A stretch of 64,000 bases of DNA from Prevotella sp. (GTDB lineage Bacteria; Bacteroidota; Bacteroidia; Bacteroidales; Bacteroidaceae): positions 5,111-69,110 of the forward strand of contig JBGUNO010000028.1 of assembly GCA_045117415.1 (NCBI GenBank), in the 5' to 3' direction. The notes under the pieces are model-generated. The model was not told the DNA's origin and ran no database searches. It saw only the letters and a program-made list of their open reading frames with translations. Below are positions 41,493 to 50,546 of this stretch, one piece after another (the first letter of the stretch is position 1; each line of letters begins with the position of its first letter). The position numbers and the translations under genes were made by a program.

Positions 41493-42512
41493 ATGAAAGC
41501 AATTCAAATTACTGAGCCTTCTGTGATGAAGGTCATTGACATCCCTGAGCCCCAGATGGGTGATGATGATGTTTTGTTGAAGATGAAGTATGTAGGGTTT
41601 TGCGGTAGCGACCTGAATACTTTCCGTGGTGGCAACCCGATGGTGAAGATGCCAGTGGTTCCTGGACATGAGGTTGGTGCGGAGATCGTCAAGATTGGCA
41701 AGAATGTGCCAGAGGGTCTGAAACCCGGTATGACTGTGACTGTCAATCCCTACACCAACTGTGGTAAGTGTGCTTCCTGCCGCAATGACAGGGTCAATGC
41801 CTGTGAGCATAACCAGACATTAGGTGTGCAGCGATGGGGTGCCATGTGTGAGTACCTTGTTCTGCCGTGGGAGAAAGTGATTCCCGCAGGACTACTGACC
41901 CCTCGCACCTGTGCCCTGATAGAGCCGATGAGTGTGGGATTCCATGCTGTCAGCCGTGCTCAGATTACCGACATAGATGTCGTCATGGTGATTGGCTGTG
42001 GCATGGTTGGTATGGGAGCTGTGGTACGTGCCGCCCAGCGTGGTGCTACCGTCATCGCCGCAGATATCGACGATGAGAAACTCGCCCTTGCCAAGCAGAT
42101 GGGTGCCAGCTATGTCGTCAACACCAAGACAGAGGATGTCCATGCCCGTCTGTTGGAGATGACCTCTGGTTTTGGTCCCGACGTGGTCATCGAGGCAGTA
42201 GGCAGTACCTCTACCTACCAAATGGCTGTCGACGAGGTAGCCTTCACCGGTCGTGTGGTATGTATCGGCTATGCAAAGACGGAGGTGTCTTTCCAAACCA
42301 AGTATTTCGTCCAGAAAGAGCTCGACATCAGAGGCTCCCGTAATGCACAGCCCTCTGACTTCCGTGCGGTCATCCATTATCTGGAGCGTGGTACTTGTCC
42401 TGTAGACCGCCTCATCAGTAACGAGGTGATTCCTGAGGGAGCCACCGCAGCTATGGAGCAATGGGCAGCTGATCCTGGTAAGGTGTTCCGCATATTGGTA
42501 CATTTCGGATAA
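41493..42512 (+). CDS. Zinc-binding dehydrogenase, probable L-galactonate 5-dehydrogenase
   Basis: CGSD, GHE, CGKCASC..NAC, GCGMVG, GSRNA. Confidence 0.75.
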   Translation: MKAIQITEPSVMKVIDIPEPQMGDDDVLLKMKYVGFCGSDLNTFRGGNPMVKMPVVPGHEVGAEIVKIGKNVPEGLKPGMTVTVNPYTNCGKCASCRNDRVNACEHNQTLGVQRWGAMCEYLVLPWEKVIPAGLLTPRTCALIEPMSVGFHAVSRAQITDIDVVMVIGCGMVGMGAVVRAAQRGATVIAADIDDEKLALAKQMGASYVVNTKTEDVHARLLEMTSGFGPDVVIEAVGSTSTYQMAVDEVAFTGRVVCIGYAKTEVSFQTKYFVQKELDIRGSRNAQPSDFRAVIHYLERGTCPVDRLISNEVIPEGATAAMEQWAADPGKVFRILVHFG

Positions 42513-42516
42513 TCCT

Positions 42517-42547
42517 TTGATTACTTTTTAATAAAAGTAACGTCTTT
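42517..42547 (+). promoter_or_regulatory. Candidate ECF-sigma promoter, copy 1
   Basis: TTGATTAC-N16-CGTCTTT, same motif and spacing as 54282-54312. Confidence 0.55.
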
Positions 42548-42597
42548 TAAGAAAACTACAATAAACTATACATGTATAATTTTAACAACCTAAGTGT

Positions 42598-44136
42598 ATG
42601 AACAAAAAAACTAATTTAAACAGGAAACGTCTCTCTGCATGGACGTGGCTAGGATGTCTGCTATTAGGTACAGCAGCATTTCTGACAACGTCGTGTGCTA
42701 AAGACGGCTTCACTGAAGAGTCGTTTGTTGGAACGATTACGTCTGGTGATGTGCTAGCTGCACCAGATGGTAGTACCTTTAAGGTTAAGAGTAGTTCTGA
42801 CCGTACCACACAAACAGTTTCATGGAAAGCAGTAGATGGTGCTCTCGACTATTTAGTAACCATCTACAAGAGTACTGTTCCATTTAATGGTGATGTCACT
42901 GGTGAGCAGATTGTCTCCGACTCACTTGTACACAATCCCTATGTCGGCATTCCCCGTCTGAATGCGACCTACTACCGTGTCATTGTTCAATCTGCAGAGA
43001 ACAAGGCAGAGAAGAACCCTGCTTCAGAAACCACCACTACCTTTGATTGGGACACTTATCTGATTGAGGTAACCGTGGCAGCTAAAGAAGGTGAAGAGTC
43101 TGTAGACTTTACAAAGTTCATGGAAGAAAATCCCATTGAGCAGATTGTCGCCGACTTTGGTACTCTTTGTCCCATTATGTACTATTTCAATGAAAACGTT
43201 CCATATACAATGTCAGGTCCTGTAGACTTTGAAGGCTATGAAGTAACGTTATGTTCGGATAATGAAAATACCAAACCAACAATCACGCTTGGAGAAACAG
43301 CGTCTTTTATAACATACAACACGTTTACGTTGGAAAACCTCAAGTTTTTATGTGATGATGGTAAAAAGTCTATTATCACTTTAAGTGCAACACCTGACGA
43401 GGCGATTAAGGGTGCTACAGGAAAAGGCGACTATTATAATATCCAATCGCAGATTACTCTTACAGGATGTGACTTTGACAACATACAAGACAAATTGCTT
43501 TACGATAACGGTTTGAAGTATTGTATAGAGACATTTGTTATTGACAATTGTCAATGTCACTTTGACATTTCCAAAACTGAGTCTGCTCAAGGCTACATCT
43601 ATATGTCAAAAGGCTTTATTAAAGATATTACTATCCAGAAATCAACCATGTGGAATACAGGTGATGGCAATCGCGGCTATTTCATCAAATATGATAATGC
43701 AGGGCGTCCTGATCGCGCTGGCTATCCCACAGAATCTCCAGCTTGTTCTGTAAACTTCTATAACAACACATTCTATAACATGGGCTCAAGCCAGTGGTGT
43801 AACTATGATGGCATTAAGGGTAAGAATTATACAGAGATTAATATTGTCAGCAACATTTGGCTTAATTGTGCTGCAGGTATTGTTCGTCGTATTCTGGGAC
43901 AATCTAAATCAACTGCCTATGATAATTGTGTTATCAACAATAACACATACTGGAAAGACGGTGCTTCAGAAACAAACTGGGCTGACTATGATTTGACAGG
44001 AGGGCTTGTGCTGACTTCTGATCCCGGACTGAAAAATCCTGAAGGAGATTTGACTGATGCTAATTTTCAGCCTTCTGGTTTGGAACAACTACAATATCAG
44101 ACTGGTGACCCACGTTGGCTTCCTAAAGAAGAATAA
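42598..44136 (+). CDS. Probable surface glycan-binding lipoprotein (FN3-like plus beta-helix, DUF4957/DUF5123-like)
   Basis: TTSC lipobox; NFYNNTFYN beta-helix repeats; terminal GDPRW; precedes susC. Confidence 0.7.
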   Translation: MNKKTNLNRKRLSAWTWLGCLLLGTAAFLTTSCAKDGFTEESFVGTITSGDVLAAPDGSTFKVKSSSDRTTQTVSWKAVDGALDYLVTIYKSTVPFNGDVTGEQIVSDSLVHNPYVGIPRLNATYYRVIVQSAENKAEKNPASETTTTFDWDTYLIEVTVAAKEGEESVDFTKFMEENPIEQIVADFGTLCPIMYYFNENVPYTMSGPVDFEGYEVTLCSDNENTKPTITLGETASFITYNTFTLENLKFLCDDGKKSIITLSATPDEAIKGATGKGDYYNIQSQITLTGCDFDNIQDKLLYDNGLKYCIETFVIDNCQCHFDISKTESAQGYIYMSKGFIKDITIQKSTMWNTGDGNRGYFIKYDNAGRPDRAGYPTESPACSVNFYNNTFYNMGSSQWCNYDGIKGKNYTEINIVSNIWLNCAAGIVRRILGQSKSTAYDNCVINNNTYWKDGASETNWADYDLTGGLVLTSDPGLKNPEGDLTDANFQPSGLEQLQYQTGDPRWLPKEE

Positions 44137-44171
44137 TAATTCTATCATCAATACTAATAGAATAAATAGCT

Positions 44172-47100
44172 ATGAAGAAGAATATTTTTAAGACTTTATT
44201 CCTTGCATTGGTGATGGTATGTGCATTACCTATGCAAGCACAGAATCAAACTTTTACAGGTACCGTGCTCGACGAGCAAGATGAGCCTGTGATCGGCGCA
44301 ACAGTGACGGTGGCTGGAACAAAGACAGCTACAATCACTGATTTTGATGGTAATTACAAGATTGACGTTCCTAAAGGTGGGAAAGTAACCATTTCATACA
44401 TCGGCTACCTGACCAAGACTGTCAATCCTGGTGGAACTGTGAAACTAGAAGAGGACAAGCAGACCCTGGAGGAAGTGGTTGTCGTTGGTTACGGCACACA
44501 GAAGAAAGCTCACTTGACAGGTTCTGTTGCCACTGTTGAGATGAACGATGTTCAGGATCTTGCCAATGGTGGACTTGCCAGTTCACTGAGTGGCTTGGTC
44601 AATGGTCTGTCAGTATCAGGCGGTGATGCCCGTCCTGGTGAGAATGCCCGTTTGAGCATTCGTGACGTTAACTCCTTGGGAGAAATCGGTTCTACCGCCC
44701 AGCAGCCTCTGTTCGTTATCGATGGCTATATCTATCCTAACGATGTAAAGGTGGGTAACGCTTATCAGAACCTTGGTGCTGAGGCTTTCAACAACCTCGA
44801 CCCTTCTGAGGTGGAGAGCATTACAGTACTGAAAGATGCATCAGCTGCCGTCTATGGAGCTCGTGCTGCTAACGGTGTTATCTTGGTTACAACGAAAAAG
44901 GGTAAGATGGGAGCTCCACGCATCAGCTACAGTGGTACATTTGGTTTTACAAACGAGGTTGCCAGACCCAATATGCTAAGTGCATACGATTATGGACGCT
45001 TATATAATGCCATTGCTGCAGCTGACCCCACCAAGACTTCTTTGAACCATACGACAGGACTCTATCAAGTGGACGAATTAGAAGCTATGAAAAGCCTTAA
45101 CTACGACTTGCTGGACAAGTACTGGAAAGCTGGTTTCACACAGAAGCATTCGGTCAATGTCAGCGGTGCTACTGACAACGTTAACTATTTCGCTGGTCTC
45201 GGCTATTTCAAACAAGATGGTAATCTAGGTAAGTTAGACTATAGCCGCTGGAATTATCGTGCGGGTGTTGAAGTAAAAATAAGCAAGTGGTTATCTGCCG
45301 GATTGAATGTAAGCGGTGACTACGGAACCAAAGACAAGCCCCTTTTGAAGGTCGGCGGAACCAACGATGAGAAAGACTACAATCTCATGTTGACCCGTCC
45401 TCGTTACATTCCAGAGGATATTGAAGGCTACGATATCACCACTTATGGTATCAGCAACTCTTTGAAAGAGCAAAACCAGAACTATTCTTTTGCAGTATTG
45501 CAAAATAATGGCGACTATAGCAAGAACCGCACGTCAAACATGAATATTAGTGCAAATATCAGTTATGACTTCGGTTGGAGCAAAATACTGAATGGTTTGA
45601 AGTTGAAATTCTCTTATTCTAAGAGTATTAATAATGACAAAACCAATCAGTATGGATCATCTTACACCCTTTACTCCATGACGCAACGCTATGGAAGTGC
45701 TATGCATCTTTACACTCCGACAGCTGGTGATGATCCTACTTTTGACTATACCGACCCCACCAATTTCAATCCTTTGAGTTTGAATAATGGTGACATGCTA
45801 TATCGTACTACCACTCGCACCGACAACTACCAGATGAACTTTACTGCTCAGTATCAGCGTAAGTTTGGCCAACATGATATCAGTGCTCTGTTCTCTATTG
45901 AGAAATCAGAGGCAGAAAGCGAATATCTTATGGGACAGGTTGACAAACCTTATCCTTTTACTACTGGCCAGTCCAACTCTGCCACAGGTGATCAGCACAC
46001 CGTATTCACAAAATATGAAAGCGGAACACTATCCTACATCGGTCGAATTAATTATGTGTACGCGGACCGTTATCTGTTTGAATTCCTGCTTCGTTCAGAT
46101 GCTTCTACCAAGTTTGCTCCAGAGAACTATTGGGGAACCTTCCCAGCTATCTCTGCCGGTTGGGTCATCAGTGAGGAACCTTGGTTCGAGAAGGTGAAGT
46201 GGCTGAAGTGGATTGACTTCTTGAAGATTCGTGCATCGTGGGGTCTTACTGGTCGCGACAACTTGACCGCATGGCAATGGATGAAAATCTATGCTCAGGA
46301 CGCTAATAGAGGAACTGTATTTGGATGGAATCAGGATTCCGGCCGTCGAATTACTATCAACAAAAACAATTCAGCAGTCAATGAGGATGTCCACTGGGAT
46401 AAATCCTACAAGACAAATATCGGTCTTGATCTTCAAGTTCTCAATCGCCGCTTGGCCATTGGATTAGAATATTACTATGAGAAGAACCGTGAGATGCTTC
46501 TTAACCTTTCTCAAGATATTGAAGGCACCATCGGCACACAATCAGCTTCTGTCAACCGTGGCGAAATGAACAGCTGGGGTTGGGAACTCTCGCTCACATG
46601 GCGCGATAAGATTGGTAAAGACTTCAAATATCGAATTGGTATCAACACAGGATATTCAGACAACAAAGTTCTCAACATGGACTGGGCTACTGACCCGAAA
46701 GAACTCTATCGTTCTGTAACCTATGGGCATCGTACTGACATGGGACTTTGGGGTATGCAGTGTCTTGGCATGTTCCGCACTTTCCATGACATTGACGAAT
46801 ACTTTGAAAAATATATGCGTCAAAAGGATGCGGACGGAAATCCAGCCTTTAACGATGACGGGACTCCCAAATATGGTACATATATGGGACTGGAGAAAGG
46901 ACAGGTTCGTCCAGGTATGTTGATCTACAAAGATGTACGAGGACAATACAACAAAGAAACGGGAACATATGATGCGCCTGATGGTGTTGTTGACAAAGAC
47001 CTTGATCAAGTTCAGTTAGGAACTCGTGGTAACATCTATGGTTTTACCATGAATGTGGGAGCTGAATGGAAGGGCATTTCACTCACTACTCAATTCAACG

Positions 47101-47555
47101 CTAACTGGGGCGGATACACAACAGTTCCCAGCCAGGCGTTGGGTGTAGCATCAGGAAGTAATATCGAGTTCTATAATCTTCCTTCTTTCTGGAATCCTGA
47201 CAATATGTATGTCTATCAGGATATTTACGATGATAAGGGTAACTTGTTGCAGAAAATGAATCATGAAGCTGTTTATCCAAGTTTAGCCTATCAAAGTATT
47301 AATAGTGTGACTTCAAGTTTCTGGCGCATCAGCGCTGCTCAAGTAAGACTTACCCGTTTGACCATTGCATACACCCTGCCTTCTAAGTGGTTTAAAAAAT
47401 TCGGTATACAGAGTGTGCGTGTAAACGTGACAGGACAGAACTTGATTAACTTTTACAACCCCTATCCTGAAAAGTTTACAAGCCCAATGGCTGGAAACTT
47501 TGGCTCATACCCGAATCTGCGTAAGTGGACTTTTGGTGTTAACCTATCGTTCTAA
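44172..47555 (+). CDS. susC: SusC/RagA TonB-dependent transporter
   Basis: EEVVVVGYGTQKK, VLKDASAAVYGARAANGVILVTTKKG, terminal Phe. Confidence 0.96.
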   Translation: MKKNIFKTLFLALVMVCALPMQAQNQTFTGTVLDEQDEPVIGATVTVAGTKTATITDFDGNYKIDVPKGGKVTISYIGYLTKTVNPGGTVKLEEDKQTLEEVVVVGYGTQKKAHLTGSVATVEMNDVQDLANGGLASSLSGLVNGLSVSGGDARPGENARLSIRDVNSLGEIGSTAQQPLFVIDGYIYPNDVKVGNAYQNLGAEAFNNLDPSEVESITVLKDASAAVYGARAANGVILVTTKKGKMGAPRISYSGTFGFTNEVARPNMLSAYDYGRLYNAIAAADPTKTSLNHTTGLYQVDELEAMKSLNYDLLDKYWKAGFTQKHSVNVSGATDNVNYFAGLGYFKQDGNLGKLDYSRWNYRAGVEVKISKWLSAGLNVSGDYGTKDKPLLKVGGTNDEKDYNLMLTRPRYIPEDIEGYDITTYGISNSLKEQNQNYSFAVLQNNGDYSKNRTSNMNISANISYDFGWSKILNGLKLKFSYSKSINNDKTNQYGSSYTLYSMTQRYGSAMHLYTPTAGDDPTFDYTDPTNFNPLSLNNGDMLYRTTTRTDNYQMNFTAQYQRKFGQHDISALFSIEKSEAESEYLMGQVDKPYPFTTGQSNSATGDQHTVFTKYESGTLSYIGRINYVYADRYLFEFLLRSDASTKFAPENYWGTFPAISAGWVISEEPWFEKVKWLKWIDFLKIRASWGLTGRDNLTAWQWMKIYAQDANRGTVFGWNQDSGRRITINKNNSAVNEDVHWDKSYKTNIGLDLQVLNRRLAIGLEYYYEKNREMLLNLSQDIEGTIGTQSASVNRGEMNSWGWELSLTWRDKIGKDFKYRIGINTGYSDNKVLNMDWATDPKELYRSVTYGHRTDMGLWGMQCLGMFRTFHDIDEYFEKYMRQKDADGNPAFNDDGTPKYGTYMGLEKGQVRPGMLIYKDVRGQYNKETGTYDAPDGVVDKDLDQVQLGTRGNIYGFTMNVGAEWKGISLTTQFNANWGGYTTVPSQALGVASGSNIEFYNLPSFWNPDNMYVYQDIYDDKGNLLQKMNHEAVYPSLAYQSINSVTSSFWRISAAQVRLTRLTIAYTLPSKWFKKFGIQSVRVNVTGQNLINFYNPYPEKFTSPMAGNFGSYPNLRKWTFGVNLSF

Positions 47556-47573
47556 TTTTAAAGCATAACAAAT

Positions 47574-49850
47574 ATGAAACATACTATTAAATATATCAGT
47601 TTCAGCTGTGTTGCCCTCATGTCATTCTCTGCTTGTAGTGATAAGTTCCTAGAGGACAAGAAAAACTATGACAATGTGACTGACGAAGTATACAACTACT
47701 TTGAAGGTGCACAAAGCCGTGTGGACGATGTCTACAGTTGGTGTCTTCCCACTATCGGTGATTTAGCGTGGAACAACCCTTCCATGGGCTCCAACGACTT
47801 AGCTGGTTGTTCTACCGAAGAGTATTATGGATTCAGCAAGTTTGTGGACGAAGAGATTGAGTTGTCCTCCATTTCTTCTGATACAAAGATAAGTGTCCCT
47901 GACTTCTTTATGAATCAGAGCAACAACATTCAGGCTTCTGTTTATGGCCGTATCCGTAATATCAACGACTGTATCCAAGGTATTGAAAACAGCACATTAA
48001 CAGAAGAACAAAAGAACGTGTTACTCGGACAGTGCTATTTCTTCCGCGGATGGTGTTATTACAATCTGGTTAAGTGGTATGGTGGTGTTCCCATCGTTGA
48101 AGGTACCCCTGCTCCTGAAGAAGGAACCTACTTTGAGCGAAAGAGTGCGAAAGTTTGTTTCGACTATATTCTAACAGACCTTCGTAAATCTGCAGAGTTG
48201 TTAAAAGGACAGAGTATGACCGGCTCTGATTATGGTCGCATCACTTCTGGCACAGCCTTAGCATTGAAGGGGCGTGTCCTCACTCTTTGGTGTAGTCCTA
48301 TGTTTAATCGAAAAGATGATGCTGCACGTTGGCAAGCTGCCTATGAAGAGATGAAAACCGATATGGCAGAAATCAACCAGAGCTATGGTCTCTATTCAAC
48401 GGCAACTAATGTAAATGGCAGTGACTTCGCAGGACAATTCCTTGTAGCTGGTCAGAACCCTGAAGCTGTCTTCTTTACTCTCTATAATAAGATTGCCAGC
48501 GATGATGGATTAGATAATCAAAAGAATAATAGTTGGGAGCGTGGCATACGTCCGTCTAATACTGGTGGTGGAGGAAAGCGTCCCAGCAAGATGATTGTAG
48601 ACTTGTTCCCCATGGCTGATGGTAAAGTCCCCGCTAACATCACAACATATAGCAAGTTGCCTCACTCCACATCATCTCCTGATGAACAGGCTCCATTCAT
48701 CAATCGTGACCCACGCTTTAACCGTACATTTGCCTTCCCAGGTTTCCGATGGGCTTATAGTGGTGATCCCACACAACGTGATGGCCACAACCCATCCTAT
48801 AACCAAGGAAGAGACTATGTAGTTTGGAGTTATGTATGGTATACGAGCAAGACAGATGAAGGCGATCCTAGTGGCACTTCATATGCCTCTGACAATATTA
48901 GCAGCGGTGGTGTATATGTTCGTAAGAAATCCGATGACCTTGATGTCAACTCATCTCCTCTTTATGATTATGCCCCCAAAGCTACAAAAGGAGCCGGACC
49001 ATTCTTCTCCGGTGCATCACTCATTGAGCTACGCTATGCGGAAGTTTTACTTAACATGGCCGAGGTTGCCTGTGGTGCAAAGCATTCTGGAACTGGTGAA
49101 GGTGAAGCTCAGTACTATCTTAATAAGGTTCGCCTGCGCGCAGGAGTTCCTGAATGGAATTTATCTGGCGAGGATGTTGTAATGAGTGCCATCCTTTATG
49201 AGCGTTTAGTAGAGTTCGCCTATGAGGGCAAACGCTTCGACGACCTACGTCGCTGGATGTTGTACGATGGTGGTACTGAACTTGCGAACAATGCTCCTGA
49301 TACTTGGAAACTAGCTGGTCGATGGGCATCTGGTACTGACCAATGGCTTGGAATTACGAAACTGAACGAGCAGCGTCGTGAGAGATTGGATATCCGTGTA
49401 GCTAACAAATATGGTGTGGGCGGTACTTTATGGAACGACGATCCCGTATTGGCTAGCGCTTTAAAGACAGCAGCAACCACCTATGCAAACGAATGGAATG
49501 CAGCGCATCCTGATGCCAAAAAGCCTATGACGGTCAAGAAAGCTTCACAGGTGATGTCTGTTTATGAGGAGGCCGCAGCAGCTTCACGCCCGATATCGGC
49601 AGACATACGTGATAATACAACTTTAGCTGATTTGCAGACATGGTATGCTGCAAACCTTACTATCGATGAGAAGAAAGGCGACCCTCGTGATGCTGCCCAA
49701 AATGACGAATCTATCACATTCCGTCCAAAGTATTATTTCTTGGGACTTTCTTCGGGTGCACAAAACTCAAACAAGCACGTTACTCAGACTATTGGTTGGG
49801 ATGACTATCTCAATGGCGGTTTCGGCACTTTCGACCCCTTGGCAGAATAA
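47574..49850 (+). CDS. susD: SusD/RagB lipoprotein
   Basis: FSAC lipobox, YGGVP, RYAEVLLNMAE, ERLVEFAYEGKRFDDLRRW. Confidence 0.93.
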   Translation: MKHTIKYISFSCVALMSFSACSDKFLEDKKNYDNVTDEVYNYFEGAQSRVDDVYSWCLPTIGDLAWNNPSMGSNDLAGCSTEEYYGFSKFVDEEIELSSISSDTKISVPDFFMNQSNNIQASVYGRIRNINDCIQGIENSTLTEEQKNVLLGQCYFFRGWCYYNLVKWYGGVPIVEGTPAPEEGTYFERKSAKVCFDYILTDLRKSAELLKGQSMTGSDYGRITSGTALALKGRVLTLWCSPMFNRKDDAARWQAAYEEMKTDMAEINQSYGLYSTATNVNGSDFAGQFLVAGQNPEAVFFTLYNKIASDDGLDNQKNNSWERGIRPSNTGGGGKRPSKMIVDLFPMADGKVPANITTYSKLPHSTSSPDEQAPFINRDPRFNRTFAFPGFRWAYSGDPTQRDGHNPSYNQGRDYVVWSYVWYTSKTDEGDPSGTSYASDNISSGGVYVRKKSDDLDVNSSPLYDYAPKATKGAGPFFSGASLIELRYAEVLLNMAEVACGAKHSGTGEGEAQYYLNKVRLRAGVPEWNLSGEDVVMSAILYERLVEFAYEGKRFDDLRRWMLYDGGTELANNAPDTWKLAGRWASGTDQWLGITKLNEQRRERLDIRVANKYGVGGTLWNDDPVLASALKTAATTYANEWNAAHPDAKKPMTVKKASQVMSVYEEAAAASRPISADIRDNTTLADLQTWYAANLTIDEKKGDPRDAAQNDESITFRPKYYFLGLSSGAQNSNKHVTQTIGWDDYLNGGFGTFDPLAE

Positions 49851-49876
49851 CCTACAATCATTCTCGCATATCAAGC

Positions 49877-49907
49877 GGATGCATCACCATGGTGCATCCG
49901 ATTTTTA
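49877..49907 (+). terminator. Rho-independent terminator after susD
   Basis: CGGATGCATCA-CCA-TGGTGCATCCG followed by ATTTTT. Confidence 0.75.
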
Positions 49908-49931
49908 TATATCCACTGCTTAATCCTGCTA

Positions 49932-50149
49932 TCCCTGCTACAATGTGGATGAAATGCCGATAAATAAAGGGAAGAGCCTGTAGCACGATTGTGATTTATC
50001 CTACTACAATGGTGCTACAATCCTGCTACAAAAAACAAATAATCCCCCTATCGCACTACCCAAATGGCTCAAATGCCGATGTACAAAGGGCGCAGACGGG
50101 TAGTGGGATTGAAATTATCGCACTACCACCCTACTACCATCTCCCTACC
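49932..50149. repeat. Two-unit structured repeat with a shared 20-nt core
   Basis: AAATGCCGATAAATAAAGGG at 49952 and AAATGCCGATGTACAAAGGG at 50071, each within an inverted repeat and followed by three 11-bp-period direct repeats. Confidence 0.8.
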
Positions 50150-50180
50150 CAGACAGCGACTGTTTTTTGAGTGGTTTGCT

Positions 50181-50248
50181 TTTGGCTATAGGCGTTCAGT
50201 TGTTTGGCTGGAGCCGTTCAGTCGTTTGGCTATAGGCAAACGGTTGAA
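50181..50248. repeat. 22-bp-period imperfect tandem repeat ending in a hairpin
   Basis: TTTGGCT at 50181, 50203 and 50225; TTCAGTCGTTTG pairs with CAAACGGTTGAA (G-U allowed). Confidence 0.7.
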
Positions 50249-50410
50249 AGGATGCTTCTAACTCCCTCGAAGGACGTACCTAACACCCCTATACCCTTAT
50301 CCTGTTACCCCTACAGAAGGCATCTTCATACTCAACTGAAGGCATCTCCCACAATAATGTTAGGCATTTTTGCTGGAAAGACACGTCACCAATATCTTTT
50401 TATTGTTTTA

Positions 50411-50517
50411 TTTGGAAGATTCACAAAATCTTCATATCTTTGGAATAATCCGAAGATACTCACGCTCGAAAAAAATCAAGATTCTCTTGGTTTTTTGCTC
50501 ACATAATCGTATCTTTG
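50411..50517 (+). promoter_or_regulatory. Tandem primary-sigma promoters
   Basis: TTTG-N20-TATCTTTG (50411-50442) and CTTG-N20-TATCTTTG (50486-50517). Confidence 0.65.
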
Positions 50518-50546
50518 CAGTTACTATCGCTAAAACAACATCAAAG

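Noticed and set aside
49920-50350. CRISPR array or small ORFs (50064, 50204) in the repeat-rich gap
   Set aside because: No constant repeat with unique spacers and no cas genes; the ORFs only translate repeats
50370-50546. Upstream ORF extensions from the track, here and at 6008, 18451, 24208, 31085, 32151, 32223 (minus) and 53710
   Set aside because: They overlap promoter boxes or neighbouring genes; downstream starts give proper signal peptides or family-typical N-termini
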